From: Eledone cirrhosa
Lineage: Eukaryota
Direction: 5' to 3'
Assembly: GCA_964016885.1 (NCBI GenBank)
Contig: OZ024745.1
Span: 41,540,001-41,604,000, forward strand
Length of the DNA: 64,000 bases
The position numbers and the translations under genes were made by a program. The notes below the pieces were generated by a model that was not told the origin of the DNA, searched no databases, and saw nothing but the letters and a program-made list of their open reading frames with translations. Positions 1 to 12,050 of the stretch are shown here, in pieces (positions within the stretch are counted from its first letter, which is position 1; every line of letters starts with the position of its first letter).

Positions 1-187
1 ATTGAAATAAATGGTCGTAGTCAAAGGAATCCTTTGAAAATCAGTAGCCAATTGCAACCAACAGAAAATTAAGAATGGTATTAAAATAAATTAAAAGACC
101 CTGCCCTCATATAGATATATGTGTATGTGTGAGTCCGTGTGTGTGTATGTATATTTAAACATGTAAACTTCTAAGCACACATGAGGT

Positions 188-296
<109 letters not shown>

Positions 297-377
297 CAGG
301 CGTTCTGAGTTCAAATCTCGACATGGTCAACTTTACCATTTATCCATTAGATAAATAAAGTGCTACTTTGGATCGAT

Positions 378-420
<43 letters not shown>

Positions 421-871
421 CTCCCTCTCGGAAATCAGGTGTGCTCAGATTTGTAGTGGGATGGGATCCACCAGGTTTAAAAAATTCAAAGGTACACCGA
501 ATGTCACGATGGCACCCCTATGATTCAATCAACATAAGAGAAAGTAATATAGGGGCATGGTGAAGAGAGGTATAGAATGAGAGAGAGAGCGTGACAAGCG
601 AATAATGTATCTTATTAATTGTAAAAATGCGATATATTATTACTGGTCAGCAAACCATTACATCCTCATAATATATATATATATGTGTGTGGGGGGGGGG
701 GGGGGGGTCAGAATAGACCCGGTTTTAAACTAGTTAGACCATTACTCAACAGACTACTACTCGATAATTAAGATAGTAGATTATGGCTATATTAGAAAGA
801 GTCAAGGTCCTTCATACGGAGTGAGGTGTTTTAGTCATAGCCCTCGGAGTTTTGTTTCTAATATATACATT

Positions 872-905
<34 letters not shown>

Positions 906-909
906 GGAG

Positions 910-1723
910 GAGGTTATAGTTCACTTGAAGCATTGTGTAATGAGGTATAAACGTTAGAATATGTGTAATAAGGCCAAGACAATGTAGATATGGACATAGA
1001 AAAAAGAATGCAATAGTGAGAGATATTGATGAGAATTCGTCTTTCACCTTGAATTTATTTAAATGTCCTTAATTTTCGAGATAATATCTCTTCTTCGGAG
1101 GGAAGTAAAAGTCTCAGACCAGCGTCTTAAATTTCCAATGAAGCCATGCTGACCGGAAATAGTATAGAGTTCTAACTTTAATATCAAAGAATTAAAATTA
1201 GGTGGGTAAAGAGTAGTCTCCCTTTAAGAGGGGTTTGTTTATGTTTTTGTTGTGTTTTTTAAATTTTATATGCGTGCCTGTATATGTGTGTGGGAGAAAG
1301 CATGAAGGTGTAGGTATGTGTGTGTGTGAGTGTGGGAAGATAGGTCTAATCGTAAAAGTGGGGGGTAGGTGTTATCTGGTGTTAGAACTGGTTTTGTGTG
1401 TGTATGTGTGAGAGAGAATAAGTGGAGGTGTGTGCGTGCGTGTGTGTGGGGTGTGTAAAGTGGGGCTAGAGGCCCTATCAGGTTATAAATTGGGTGTTGA
1501 GCTCTAGTCTATTATTGATTGGTGGATGTGTTCTATCTATAATGAGTGCTTCCTTGATTCTAAGATTACCGAGGTTTCTTTCTTTAGTTTCTATCCTAAC
1601 TGTTATGTTTTTATCAGTGTTTTTGCATTTAACTAGGTGTTTCTTAAATGAGGAAGCGTTAGTATTGAGGTGTTCTTTTATTCTTATGTGGAGTGGTCTG
1701 ATGGTGCTACCTACGTAGAAGTT
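910..1723 (-). mobile_element. Penelope-like element 3' fragment: GIY-YIG endonuclease C-terminal part (1478-1723) plus 3' UTR/pLTR
   Basis: Translation NFYVGSTIRPLHIRIKEH...LRIKEALIIDRTHPPINNRLE matches the PLE GIY-YIG pattern (YIG-T-R-L-R-KEH...E-L-I...P-N). The downstream UTR has a hammerhead-like motif and ends at (TA)n. The UTR boundary is approximate. Confidence 0.8.
1066..1103 (-). ncRNA. Minimal hammerhead-like motif (variant core) in PLE 3' UTR
   Basis: Minus strand reads ttccct-CCGAAGA-a-gagat-att-atctc-GAAAATTA-agga. Stem II is perfect, but the core is CCGAAGA rather than CUGANGA. Confidence 0.5.
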
Positions 1724-4421
1724 GGTCTTTGCTTGACCCAGGACTGCAGCTCGGTGAGCGAGACGAGTCGCGGAAAGGCTCGCCTCACAAACGGGGCCCA
1801 CACCGGTTGACCGGTGAGGAATACCTGGGGGTGCCGTAGCCTTAATGCTTGTTTACGCATCAGCAGCCACGGCATCCCCAGCCCTCCTTTCGAAGGGTGT
1901 TGACAGCAGATGGATCTCCTCACCATAGGAGCCCGCTTCTTCCAAAGGAATTGGAAGAGTGCGCGCTCCATTTTGGTGAGCGTTTCCCTTGGGCAAGGCA
2001 CGACGGTCAGGCGGTAATAGATGACGCTATATAAGCGTTCGCCACCTCCGCCCGACCTTTCAGGGATAGTTTGCACTCAACCCACTTCCGCGTCAGCGCA
2101 AACACCCTGTTCGATACCTCACCCCAGTTCTTCTCCACCTGGAGGTCTGGCTCGAACCGGACCTCGAGAAACTTAACCGGGCCCTCCGTTCAACGTCTGA
2201 CGACTCCGTTGGAGGCCATCGGTTTACCCCTCCACTTGCCGAGTTGCAAACCGACTGACTTGTCCCGGTTCAGCTTAGCCCCTGTAAACGTTTCGTATTC
2301 CTCCAGTAAGATACCGATGACCCCGATTTCCGAGGCGGTTGACACCATTAGTGTCACGTCATCGGCGTAGGCCGACACCGCTTTCCGCAATCCCGGTTCC
2401 AAACATGCCTAGTAACAACTCCAACTTCCGCAGCAGTGACTCTAGGGCCAATACATACAGAAGGGAAGAGAGAGGGCATCCCTGTCGGATGGACCGCGTG
2501 ATGGAGGGCATCATTGTCGGATGGACCGAGAGGTAGCCGTTCACTTTGACCCTAGAGCAGATGCGGCCGCTGTGCATGGCAGTGATCCAGCCCCTGAAAA
2601 CGGGTCCGAAACCTGCCGCCACTAGCACCGCATCCAGGTAACGATGGTCGACCCTATCGAACTCCTTAGATTGATCCAAGTTGATCAGGGCCCCACCAAA
2701 GCCGGGTTCGTTCCCAACCCTCTCTATGATGTATCGCATGAGATGGAGGTTGTCGTGAATGGATCTGGAAGGGATGGTGCATGTCTGCGCATCTCCCACC
2801 AGGTTGCCCACGACAAGCGCCACCCTCTTTGCTAACACCTTGGCCAAAATCTTTAACTCTGCATTTAGTAGTTTTATGGGCCTGAAATTACTTACTTCAT
2901 CCCCCTTGTTCTCGTCCTTCCTCACTAGCGAGACTACGCCCTTGGTCACAGAACAGGGAATTCTCCCCTTCTGTTGCCAGTTGCAGTAGACCGCTTCGAG
3001 GAGATCGGAGAACAAGTCCGGCATACTTAAATACAGTTCGTATGGAAAACCATCGAGACCCGGAGATTTACATCTGCCGCATTGGCTCAGCACGTCCCCT
3101 ATCTCACTATCTCAGCAGCTGAGATCGGCCTCTCGCAGGACTTCGCCTCCTCGTCCGAAAGACGCGGCAGGCCGTCGAGGTATGGACCGAGGTCCACATC
3201 CCCATCCGGCCCCTCGTCCCTTCCGAACAATCGGGAAAAGTGCCTTTGAAAGGCCTCGCACATCTGCTTAGATTCAAGGATCACCCGCCCATCCTGGTCT
3301 CGCAAAGACCGGAGAGTGGATCTAATCCCACTTTTGGCTTCTGTCACGCGGGCCCAGCTAACAGTTTTGGTCCCCTCGTTTCCCAGAGCACGTATTTTGC
3401 TTCGGACAACGCAGCCTTCGTGTTTCGTGTCGGAGAACTGGCCCAGGGCCGTTCTCGACGCTAGCACTCTGGCTACGTCGCCGCTTCTAATTGCCTCTTC
3501 TACACTATCTACCAACTCCCTTTCCTTCCTAGTTCTATCTGAGGCTAATTCCTTACTAACTCCTATTGAAGCTACTCTAATCTCTCTTTTGAGAGAGCCC
3601 CACCACCTGCTGTTGACGATGGCGCCCGTCAACCGCTCCTTAACTAAAGTACTAATCCGTTTCCTGTAAGCTTTACTTGCCGGTAAGGACAAGTTGAGCT
3701 TCCAGTAACCGGGTCCCTGTCTATGCGTTATATCAAGGTTGACTATGGAGGTCACTAACTTGTGGTCTGAATAGCCAACCATGAGCATTTTTGGACAACT
3801 TAAAAAGTCCCTATCCTTATTTCTAACTAAGAACCTATCTAGGTACGATCTAGATTGACCGCCGTGGTTTCTCCAAGTCCAGGTTGGCACAGTCGGAAAA
3901 TCTAGTCGATATCTATCGGCCAGGTCGAATCGGCCGATTAACCCCTTGAGGCTGTTACAACCCCCTCTATCAAGACATGCCCCTACATAGTCCCAACGGG
4001 CATCTAGGATACCATTCCAGTCCCCCACTAAAAGCAAGGAGCAGGACGTCACTAGAAATGTCTCCAGACGATGGAAGAAGTCCGGCCGCGTTGACCCAAA
4101 AGGGCCGTAGACGGCGACCAGCCTAAAAGCTCCGCCTTCACCACTGCCAAGGTCCAGAACCACTAGTCGACCCTCCGGGTCCAAGTGTACCGTCTGTGTA
4201 GCGAGACCCAGATGTTTTTGCAGCAGAACGACAACCCCACCCCCACCACCGGGCTGACAGAGAGATGCGTGCATCTCAAAGTCATCAAAGGTGGGGGCCA
4301 GCTGTCGCAAATAACCGTCACATTTATACATCGTGACCTGAGGTCATTTAGAAGCATTGCTTGCTTCCAAGGTGAGCCCAGGCCACGCGCATTTAGACAA
4401 CCTATTCTCAACACAGCAATG
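1724..4421 (-). pseudogene. Tx1 ORF2 (apurinic-like endonuclease + reverse transcriptase), frameshifted
   Basis: Consecutive ORF fragments 4163-4444, 3099-4331, 2359-3093, 2190-2402 and 1711-2076 carry APE and RT motifs in the expected order. Confidence 0.93.
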
Positions 4422-4444
4422 TTGGTGGTAAAGAGAAAAGGCAC

Positions 4445-6396
4445 TTACCTCTCTGCGTCCCGGGGACCGGGCCGCATAATTTCCATGGGGGTGGGGGATG
4501 GGTTGTTGGGTGAGGTGGTGGTTTGTGGAAGTGTAGGGGCATCAGTGTGTGGTGGGGTTGGGGTGTTTGGAGTTGTGTGGGTGTCTGGGGGTGACATTTT
4601 TTAGGAGGACACGGTTAATGGGTCTGACGCAGGGAGGCCCCACATCCTCTTTAAAAGTGTCTTTTAACGTTTTGTAAATGTCCATTGGGGCTTTTATCAT
4701 TTTTAGATGGGGAAGCTTGTGCGAAATTCGAACCTTTGATTTTTATTAAGTTGTTATTATAAATAACGTTTAACAGTTTTTTGGTTATTGTATTTATGTA
4801 AGTATATGCAAATTTTTCTTTTTGAGTGATGTTTTTTGTTTGCTGTTGTTGTGTGTTTGTTTTTTTGTGTTGATGTCTGTGTTATGTATTGGGAGGGGTT
4901 GTTTGTATTTGTGTTCCTGTGGTGTGTTTTCTTTTTTTTCTTTTAACTTTATGAAAGTGTTCCACCCCCCTCCTCGTCTGACGACGAAAGGGCGTCGTCT
5001 TCCGTATTCGAGGGGAGGGGTTCATTTTCGGCTCGTGTTTGTGGTGTGGGTGTTATTGTATTTTTTTTCTGTGTGGGGGCATGGGTGGGATTGTTTTCAG
5101 TTGTGTTTTAACTTGTGGTGTTAGTTGTTGTTGTGTTGGTAGTTGTTGGTGTGGGCAAAATCGGTGTTTTGTTTTTTTATTGCTTGGGAACAGGCAGCCC
5201 TCAGGTGACCTCTGCCACCACAGAGGTAACAAGCGGGTCGTCTACCCTCCACTGTGATGTGTAAGTAGACAAGCCCATCCAGCAATATGCGGTCAGGGAT
5301 CCTAGCAATTCGTTCTGGCTGAATTTGCAGGCTAGTTCCACTGAACACGTTGCTGGAAGACTTACCTACCGAAATTACTGCATCCTCTTTCAAGTCGAAG
5401 AGGCCACACAGTACCACCCAGAAATCAATATCTGGATCGATACTGTGTATGGTCAATCTTTGTGTTCTTCTTCCCAAATAAGTGGGGAAGAAGGTAAATA
5501 AGGGGGACACAATTGTGGCCAGGGAATGTTTTTCGGCCGTCAATTTATCTTCATTCGGATGGATAGACTACCGTAGAATCTATCCTTCCGAATGAATACA
5601 ATGTTTTTCAGATGATCTTTTAAAGCCAGTTCAATCTCTGTCTGTGTGAGTTGTACTGGCTTACGGGTTTTGTTGGGTATTGTCCTATAAATAATAGTTT
5701 TTAAGCTATTTTCCTTTTTTAGCTCTGGGGGAGAATTTAAAGAAAATAGACCATTCTCCTCCAAAGTTATATACTTCCGTGCATTTTCCATTTGCTGGGC
5801 CATGTTTGAAATGTCAGTAGGTTCATACACAATGGGTTTTTTGGTAGTTTGCGCGAATGTCATTTTGTTCGCCCCCTCTTTGTTTACATTTGTCGAAATG
5901 AGGTTGTTTTCTTGTTTTTTGTTGTTACAATTATCATTTTTTGTTGTGTTTGTGTTATTTATGTTGGTGTATGCGTTCACATTTTTTTTGCCGTTGGGGT
6001 TAGACTCCATTTCTTCAAAAAGTTCACTTATATTTTCAGTATCCGAGAGACTTGTAGTCACAGCTACTACCTCTCTTTCACTTTTGCTGGTGGGCATGGC
6101 ACCGTGAAAAGTCGAAACGGCATCCATTAATGTTGGCAAATTTTGAAACATTTTTTTCATTCGGGTTAGGCTCCATTTTTTTCAATGTTTCTAATAATCG
6201 TTATTCTTTCAGTAGGGAGGCTTGTTGCCTCCGCTACCCGCTCTCCTTCAGTTTGTTTAGTGGGCGTGTCATCGTTACCTGTGGTAATGGCTTCCATTAC
6301 CACTAGCGTAGAGACAATCAAAAGATTTTTAGGGTGAAAAATTTCACCCCATAAGGGGTGAAATAAATTAACCCTAATGTCCGAAAACCCAGTCAA
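4445..6396 (-). pseudogene. Tx1 ORF1 (gag-like zinc-knuckle protein), frameshifted
   Basis: Fragments 6166-6396, 5540-6160 and 5121-5543 include a CX2CX4HX4C knuckle and are clearly homologous to ORF 59208-59849. Confidence 0.85.
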
Positions 6397-6530
6397 GGGG
6401 GTTAATTAACACAATAACGCAAGAATACAGACAAACACTTACTGTTAACCTGTAATTTATCCAATAATCGAGGAGCCGATGTGAAGCACGTCTATACCAT
6501 CCGGTGATAGATAGATAGATAGAAAGATAT

Positions 6531-6869
6531 GTTTCTTTATTAGCCACAGGGGCACAAAAGAAGGGGACAAATACAAAGGGGGAAGTTTACATACAATAAA
6601 AACGTGTAAAATATTATCACAAATGCAATTGAAAAGTTAATCGATTTTCCCCAATAGGGGGAGACATTTCATATGGGTAACACATACCCCCGAAAAAATG
6701 TTCAACCCTCATCTCCAGGCGTACGAAGAGTTTGTACCCCTTTCCTCTCAACCTACAGGCTCAACCTACACCACTTTTGCCCACCTTTCATAAAACTTGC
6801 TGGGGTACAGCACCTCTCTCTCCATCCTGATTCTTGTTCCAAAGTAGTATTTGAAAAAAAGAATCAGTT
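6531..6869 (-). mobile_element. Tx1 5'-truncated copy D (ORF2 end + 3' UTR)
   Basis: QLILFFKYYFGTRIRMEREVLYPSKFYERW matches the ORF2 C-terminus of copies B and C. It ends GGCTAATAAAGAAA and has GATA repeats on both sides. Confidence 0.9.
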
Positions 6870-7641
6870 GATGGATAGATAGATAGATAGACAGGCAGGC
6901 AGGTGGGCAGTCAGATACACACACAAATAGACAGACGGACAGGCAAGCAGATTTCATTGTTTGTGGAAGTATTGATACATAAATATTTGATTATAACATA
7001 ACAGAGTTTTTTTTGTTTTGTTTTTTTTTGAAAATTGATGATTGATCATTTAATTTTAGAATTGATGTATATATTGAGAAAGGTGGAATCTGTTAGCTAT
7101 ATCTGTTACAGCCCCTACCAATGTCTACTAACTTCAATAGCACTGAGACAAATCAAATAATTTTTGTTGTATCGAACAATGTAAAATATCCACTTTGATT
7201 TAATGTATCACCTTCATTTCTTCTTATTACGAATGCTTCTATGCTTTCAACGATTACCCAAAGATAGAAGAATTGCTTTCAGAACATAGAAGATCTAAAG
7301 CAAATATTTAATTGAAAGCCACTTCAACAGATTTCAGCCTTAAAGATGTTGAAATCTGTAATGTTTGTTATAATGTCATAATGAAAAAGCATATATATTT
7401 AAAACGTAATACTCGATAAAATGAGCAAATATATTAAACTTCTATATGACAAATATCAAATATATATGTATATAATATATATATATATAAATATATATAT
7501 ATATATGCGTGTGTATGTGTGTTATGCAGATCTGACTGATCAGCCAGTCTGCTAATATGCAAATCAGGTCAATCAGTCACTGTATATTTCAGAAAATATC
7601 ATATATTTTCACTGGCTCTGCCAGTTGGCAGGTGAGCAGTA

Positions 7642-7690
7642 AACTGCACTGATGAAGGGTAATCACCCAGAAACATTAGTGTATGCAGTT
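7642..7690 (+). ncRNA. Type I hammerhead ribozyme motif
   Basis: aactgca-CTGATGA-a-gggt-aatc-accc-a-GAAAC-attagt-GTA-tgcagtt: 7-bp stem I, complete core, GUA cleavage triplet. Confidence 0.75.
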
Positions 7691-8694
7691 CTGTTGGCAT
7701 ACCAACACAAAAGCAAGAATGGGGGGGCTCATTCTATTGACATGGCTTAAAAGAGGCTGTTTGCATAATTGTAAAAGAATCGAATATTATTATTAATATT
7801 CGAAAAAGTCAGATTACATTTATATATATATATAAGTTTATGCAAATGTTAAAAAAAGGAAGACACACATACAAACCTGCACACACGCACACAAGATGCA
7901 CATACACATGCCAAACGCATAGACACACACACGGGCACAGGCGCAAACGCATGAGGAGGCGAGAAAAAGGTACCACAGAAAGACAAGATGGAGTATAATT
8001 GAAATGGAGGGTTTCTGGTTTGTCACATGCGAGACAAACCACAAACCCTCCATCACAATTATACTTTTGAAAAGCATAAGAACTGTGAAACCGTTAAAGG
8101 AAATAAATAAATATTCTTAAAAAGACTCCAGCAGCACTTTCGATTTCTTTTCCTTATACTTTAAACCGTGTAGGACATCTCGTTTTTTTATTTAAAAAAA
8201 CCTGTTTCTTATATATATATATATGCCAACTACCAAGTCACCCATTTCTCTCTTTACAACTACCCTCCAAAACTTTCGTTCCATCATCAGTAATTTGACT
8301 AGCATCTGCTGCGGATACTGGTGAATCATCCCACAATGTGGTATCTCCTTACAACTATGTGGAATGAGGCCTCCCAGCACGACTCTGTAAAACTCAAATT
8401 CACAGATACAAACAGCCTAGCATTTGTTCACTTATTTGTAATCGCTTAGTCATGTAGAAAAGTGTTTACGATCTTTCCCAAGGGCTTACAAGGCTTTAGG
8501 GAATGAGAGGGCAGATATCGTCAAACCGAATGCCAAGCCTGATTTCTTGTAAAAGAGTGGGTTCTGCTATAAACACCCAAGGGCCAGGTAGGGTTCTTAA
8601 ACAGGACAATGAATTAAATCAACCAGTATAATCGATCTGGCCATACGCTGATCGAAACAGAACAAAAGCACCCACCACTACCATCACCGTCACT

Positions 8695-8912
8695 TCTACT
8701 ACTGACAGAATCGATTGAACGTCGGACATCCTGCTTCGTGGCGTAGAGTTATGGCCCTTTACATTCTTAGTGCAAATCCCACCGCGATTAGCTTTGTCTT
8801 TCATCCTTGCGGGGTCGATAAAATAAAGCACCAATAATACACTGGAGTCGATTTAATCGACTTTCCCCGCCCCAAAAATTGCTGGCCTTGTGCCTATATA
8901 AGAAACCATTAT
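8695..8912 (+). mobile_element. tRNA-derived SINE with Meta-like central domain
   Basis: Contains CTTTCATCCTT-CGGGGTCGATAAAATAAAG-ACCA and the 3' end GCTGGCCTTGTGCC...AGAAAC, both shared with many copies in the window. Confidence 0.7.
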
Positions 8913-9723
8913 TATTTCTCTTGTATAAATAAAATATAAATATCATAGACGTGGCATTTTTAAATGAATCTTCCGACTGAGACAGACATCAAATAGATTG
9001 ACTGCAGCAGCATTTGTGTTTATAAACAAGTACTAACAATACAACAACAACAAGAGCCACTAAGCGATTACAACAATATAGCATTATCGATCTGGACAGC
9101 AACACCAATACCAACAACAGCAACAATAACTACAACTACAACAGCAACTTTACAGTATTATCAATATCTACAGCAACGACTTTCATTTCTAGCTTATTAT
9201 CAACCTTTAACAAAACTTGAACGAATTTGACAATTTCGTCAAAAACAGGAAATTGCAACTGTTTTCTTAAAAGATTTCGTCTATAACAGCTACAAATACA
9301 ACAAACCCCGTTGCTGCTACTACTATTACTACTTTTGCTGCTGCTGCAGATATTTGTTTCGACATTTGGAACGAGGCCAGCAATTTGAACGGAAGGGGTA
9401 AGGCGATTATATTGACTCCAGAACTGAACTGGTGCTGGTGTAAAACAACAGAACGGTTCAGGTTTAGAGCTCAAGAACAGAGTTCTTCCAACTGGTCTTC
9501 TATGAGGTTTTCATCTAATCAATTTGTTTCAAAGGTTTTAGGTCTACACTCTGAACGCTGATCTGGTATAAGACACTTGACCAAATTGCCACGCAGTGAC
9601 ATCGAATAGAAACTCAATGATTTCGACGGTAACCACTCAGTCATAACTAACTATCTCATTGTAGCTTTTAATTTTATCGTCGGTCAGTATTTTGTGGTCT
9701 ACACGTACCGTTTATTATATATA

Positions 9724-9832
9724 GTTGTTTCTACTTTTGGAACAAGGCCAGCAATTATCCCAGTGCATTACTGGTACTTTATTTTATCGACCCAGTAAGG
9801 ATGAAAGGCAAAGTTAACCTCGACGGGATTGT
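9724..9832 (-). mobile_element. Same SINE family, partial
   Basis: Nearly identical to the copies at 32553, 32752 and 48563. Confidence 0.75.
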
Positions 9833-9873
9833 TCGTGTGTAACGCAAACGATATATATATATATATATATATA

Positions 9874-10340
9874 CAATATATTAATAAATGGAAACTATAT
9901 TTATAAAACCATAATTATTTTATTATATCTATTTCAAGGACAACCAAGGCAAATTATGGTGCGCTTTCATCAGATAAAATACAGATTTGTTTTATAAATA
10001 AATATTGACATACCCGGAAAAAAGACAACCTTAACGGTTGAAGCTCCCTGGATGGTCTATCATGACTATCCAGGGAGCTTCAACCGTTAAGGTTGTCTTT
10101 TTTCCGGGTATGTCAATATTTATTTATAAAACAAATCTGTATTTTATCTGATGAAAGCGCACCATAATTTGCCTTGGTTGTCCTTGAAATATATATAATA
10201 AAATAATTATGGTTTTATAAATATAATTTCCATTTATTAATATATTGAATATTTACTCCACTAATATGTTGAGTGCTTTATATCTGTAATAAAAATGTTT
10301 AAGCTTGTTGAATCCCAACAAATTAAATATAATCTCTGCA
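9874..10340. mobile_element. Palindromic hammerhead-containing PLE-like element, copy 1
   Basis: Inverted arms 9874-10057 and 10064-10247 with spacer TATCAT, an unpaired tail to 10340, and (TA)n on both sides. Homologous to 28791-29244 and 63217-63452. Confidence 0.85.
10140..10205 (+). ncRNA. Hammerhead ribozyme motif (mirror copy on minus strand at 9916-9981)
   Basis: tattttat-CTGATGA-stem II (aagcgcacca...tggttgtcctt)-GAAA-T-atat-A-TA-ataaaata, with an 8-bp stem I. Confidence 0.75.
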
Positions 10341-10441
10341 TATATATATATATATATATATATATTACCCACTCTACTACCCTAAGTATTGAGTACTCTG
10401 GTGCGTTATGGTCCATCTGGATCCTTACCACACCTCCTACG

Positions 10442-10498
<57 letters not shown>

Positions 10499-10991
10499 TA
10501 TTTCTTTGTGTGTATATATATATATATGTCTGTGTGTATGTGTATGTGTGTGTATGTCTGTTTGTGTGTGAATATGTGTGTGTTTGTCTATCTACGTATA
10601 CATTGATGTTCATGTAATCAGCTATCCACCATCGGAAATTGGACTTCTGCTTAAGAGAGAAACCATTATGTTGCTTACTTTCATATTATCATGAGCAACA
10701 ATATCACGATCACTGTTGTCGTCGTCATCATCATCATCATCATTATCGTCATTATCATCATCATTGTCTTGGTCGTCAGATAACACAAGTATCACCATTT
10801 TTATATAAGAATATAATTATTGGAGGAAAAATGTTTTTCTTTAATTAATTTAATTTAATTAATCTAAATTTTGGGTTTGTAATTTTTATTTTAACATTTT
10901 CCTGCTGAATTATTAGAATTAATTTCTGAATCATGTTTTATATAATTTCCTCTCCTCCACATTCTCCATCCCACCAACTAACTTTCTCAAT

Positions 10992-12050
10992 TCCACACTA
11001 AACTTCCACTCCCCATCCCACACATCTAACTCCTTCCAACTCTCTCATGTCCACACTAAACTTCCACTCCCCCTCCACACATCTAACCTCTTCCAACTCT
11101 CTCATCTCCTTACTAAACTTCCACTTCCCAACTCACACATCTAACCTCTTCCAACTCTTTCATGTCCACACTAAACTTCCACTGCCCCTCCACACATCTA
11201 ACCTCTTCCAACTCTCTCATGTCCACACTAAACTTCCACTTCCCATCCCACACATCTAACCCCTTCCAACTCTGTCATGTCCACACTAAACTTCCACTCC
11301 CCCTCCACACATCTAACCTCTTCCAACTCTCTCATTTCCACACTAAACTTCCACTCCCCCTCCACACAACTAACCCCTTCCAACTCTCTTATGTCCACTC
11401 TAAACTTCCACTCCCCCTCCACACATCTAACCCCTTCCAATTCTCTCATGTCCACACTAAACTTCCACTCCCCCTCCACACATCTAACCTCTTCCAACTC
11501 TCTCATGCCCACACTAAACTTCCACTTCCCATCCCACACATCTAACCCCTTCCAACTCTCTCATGTCCACACTAAACTCCCACTTCCCATCCCACACATC
11601 TAACCCCTTTCAACTCTCGCATGTCCACACTAAACTTCCACTCCCTCTACACACATCTAACCCCTTCCAACTCTCTCATGTCCACACTAAACTCCCCCCC
11701 CCCCCCTCCACACATCTAACCCCTTCCAACTCTCTCATGTCCACACTAAACTTCCACTCCCCCTCCACACATCTAACCCCTTCCAACTCTCTCATGTCCA
11801 CACTAAACTTCCACTTCTCATCCCACACATCTAACCTCTTCCAACTCTCTCATGTCCACACTAAAATCCCACTTCCCATCCCACACATCTAACCCCTTCT
11901 AACTCTCTCTTGTCCACACTAAACTTCCACTTCCCATCCCACACATCTAACCTCTTCCAACTCTCTCATGTCCACACTAAACTTCCACTCCCCCTCCACA
12001 CATCTAACCCCTTCTAAGACTCTCATTTCCACTATAAATTACCACTCCTC
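10992..12050. repeat. 57/58-bp C-rich minisatellite, about 18 copies
   Basis: Unit CCACACTAAACTTCCACTCCCCCTCCACACATCTAACCTCTTCCAACTCTCTCATGT repeated in tandem. Confidence 0.95.

Larger units (their letters stand above)
1724..6505 (-). mobile_element. Tx1-clade (L1-like) non-LTR retrotransposon copy A; ORF1+ORF2 frameshifted, 3' ~1 kb missing
   Basis: ORF1 pieces carry a CCHC knuckle (CYLCGGRGHLRAAC). ORF2 has APE motifs (LNARGL, GDWN, SYLDRF, SDH) and RT motifs (KSPGLDG, LDQSKEFDRV, RQGCPLS, YADD). The 5' end abuts (GATA)n at 6506. Confidence 0.95.

Noticed and set aside
1478-1801. In-frame Tx1 RT-GIY-YIG fusion protein
   Set aside because: The Tx1 ORF2 frame reads SWVKQRPTST-stop, and the GIY-YIG lies in a different frame.
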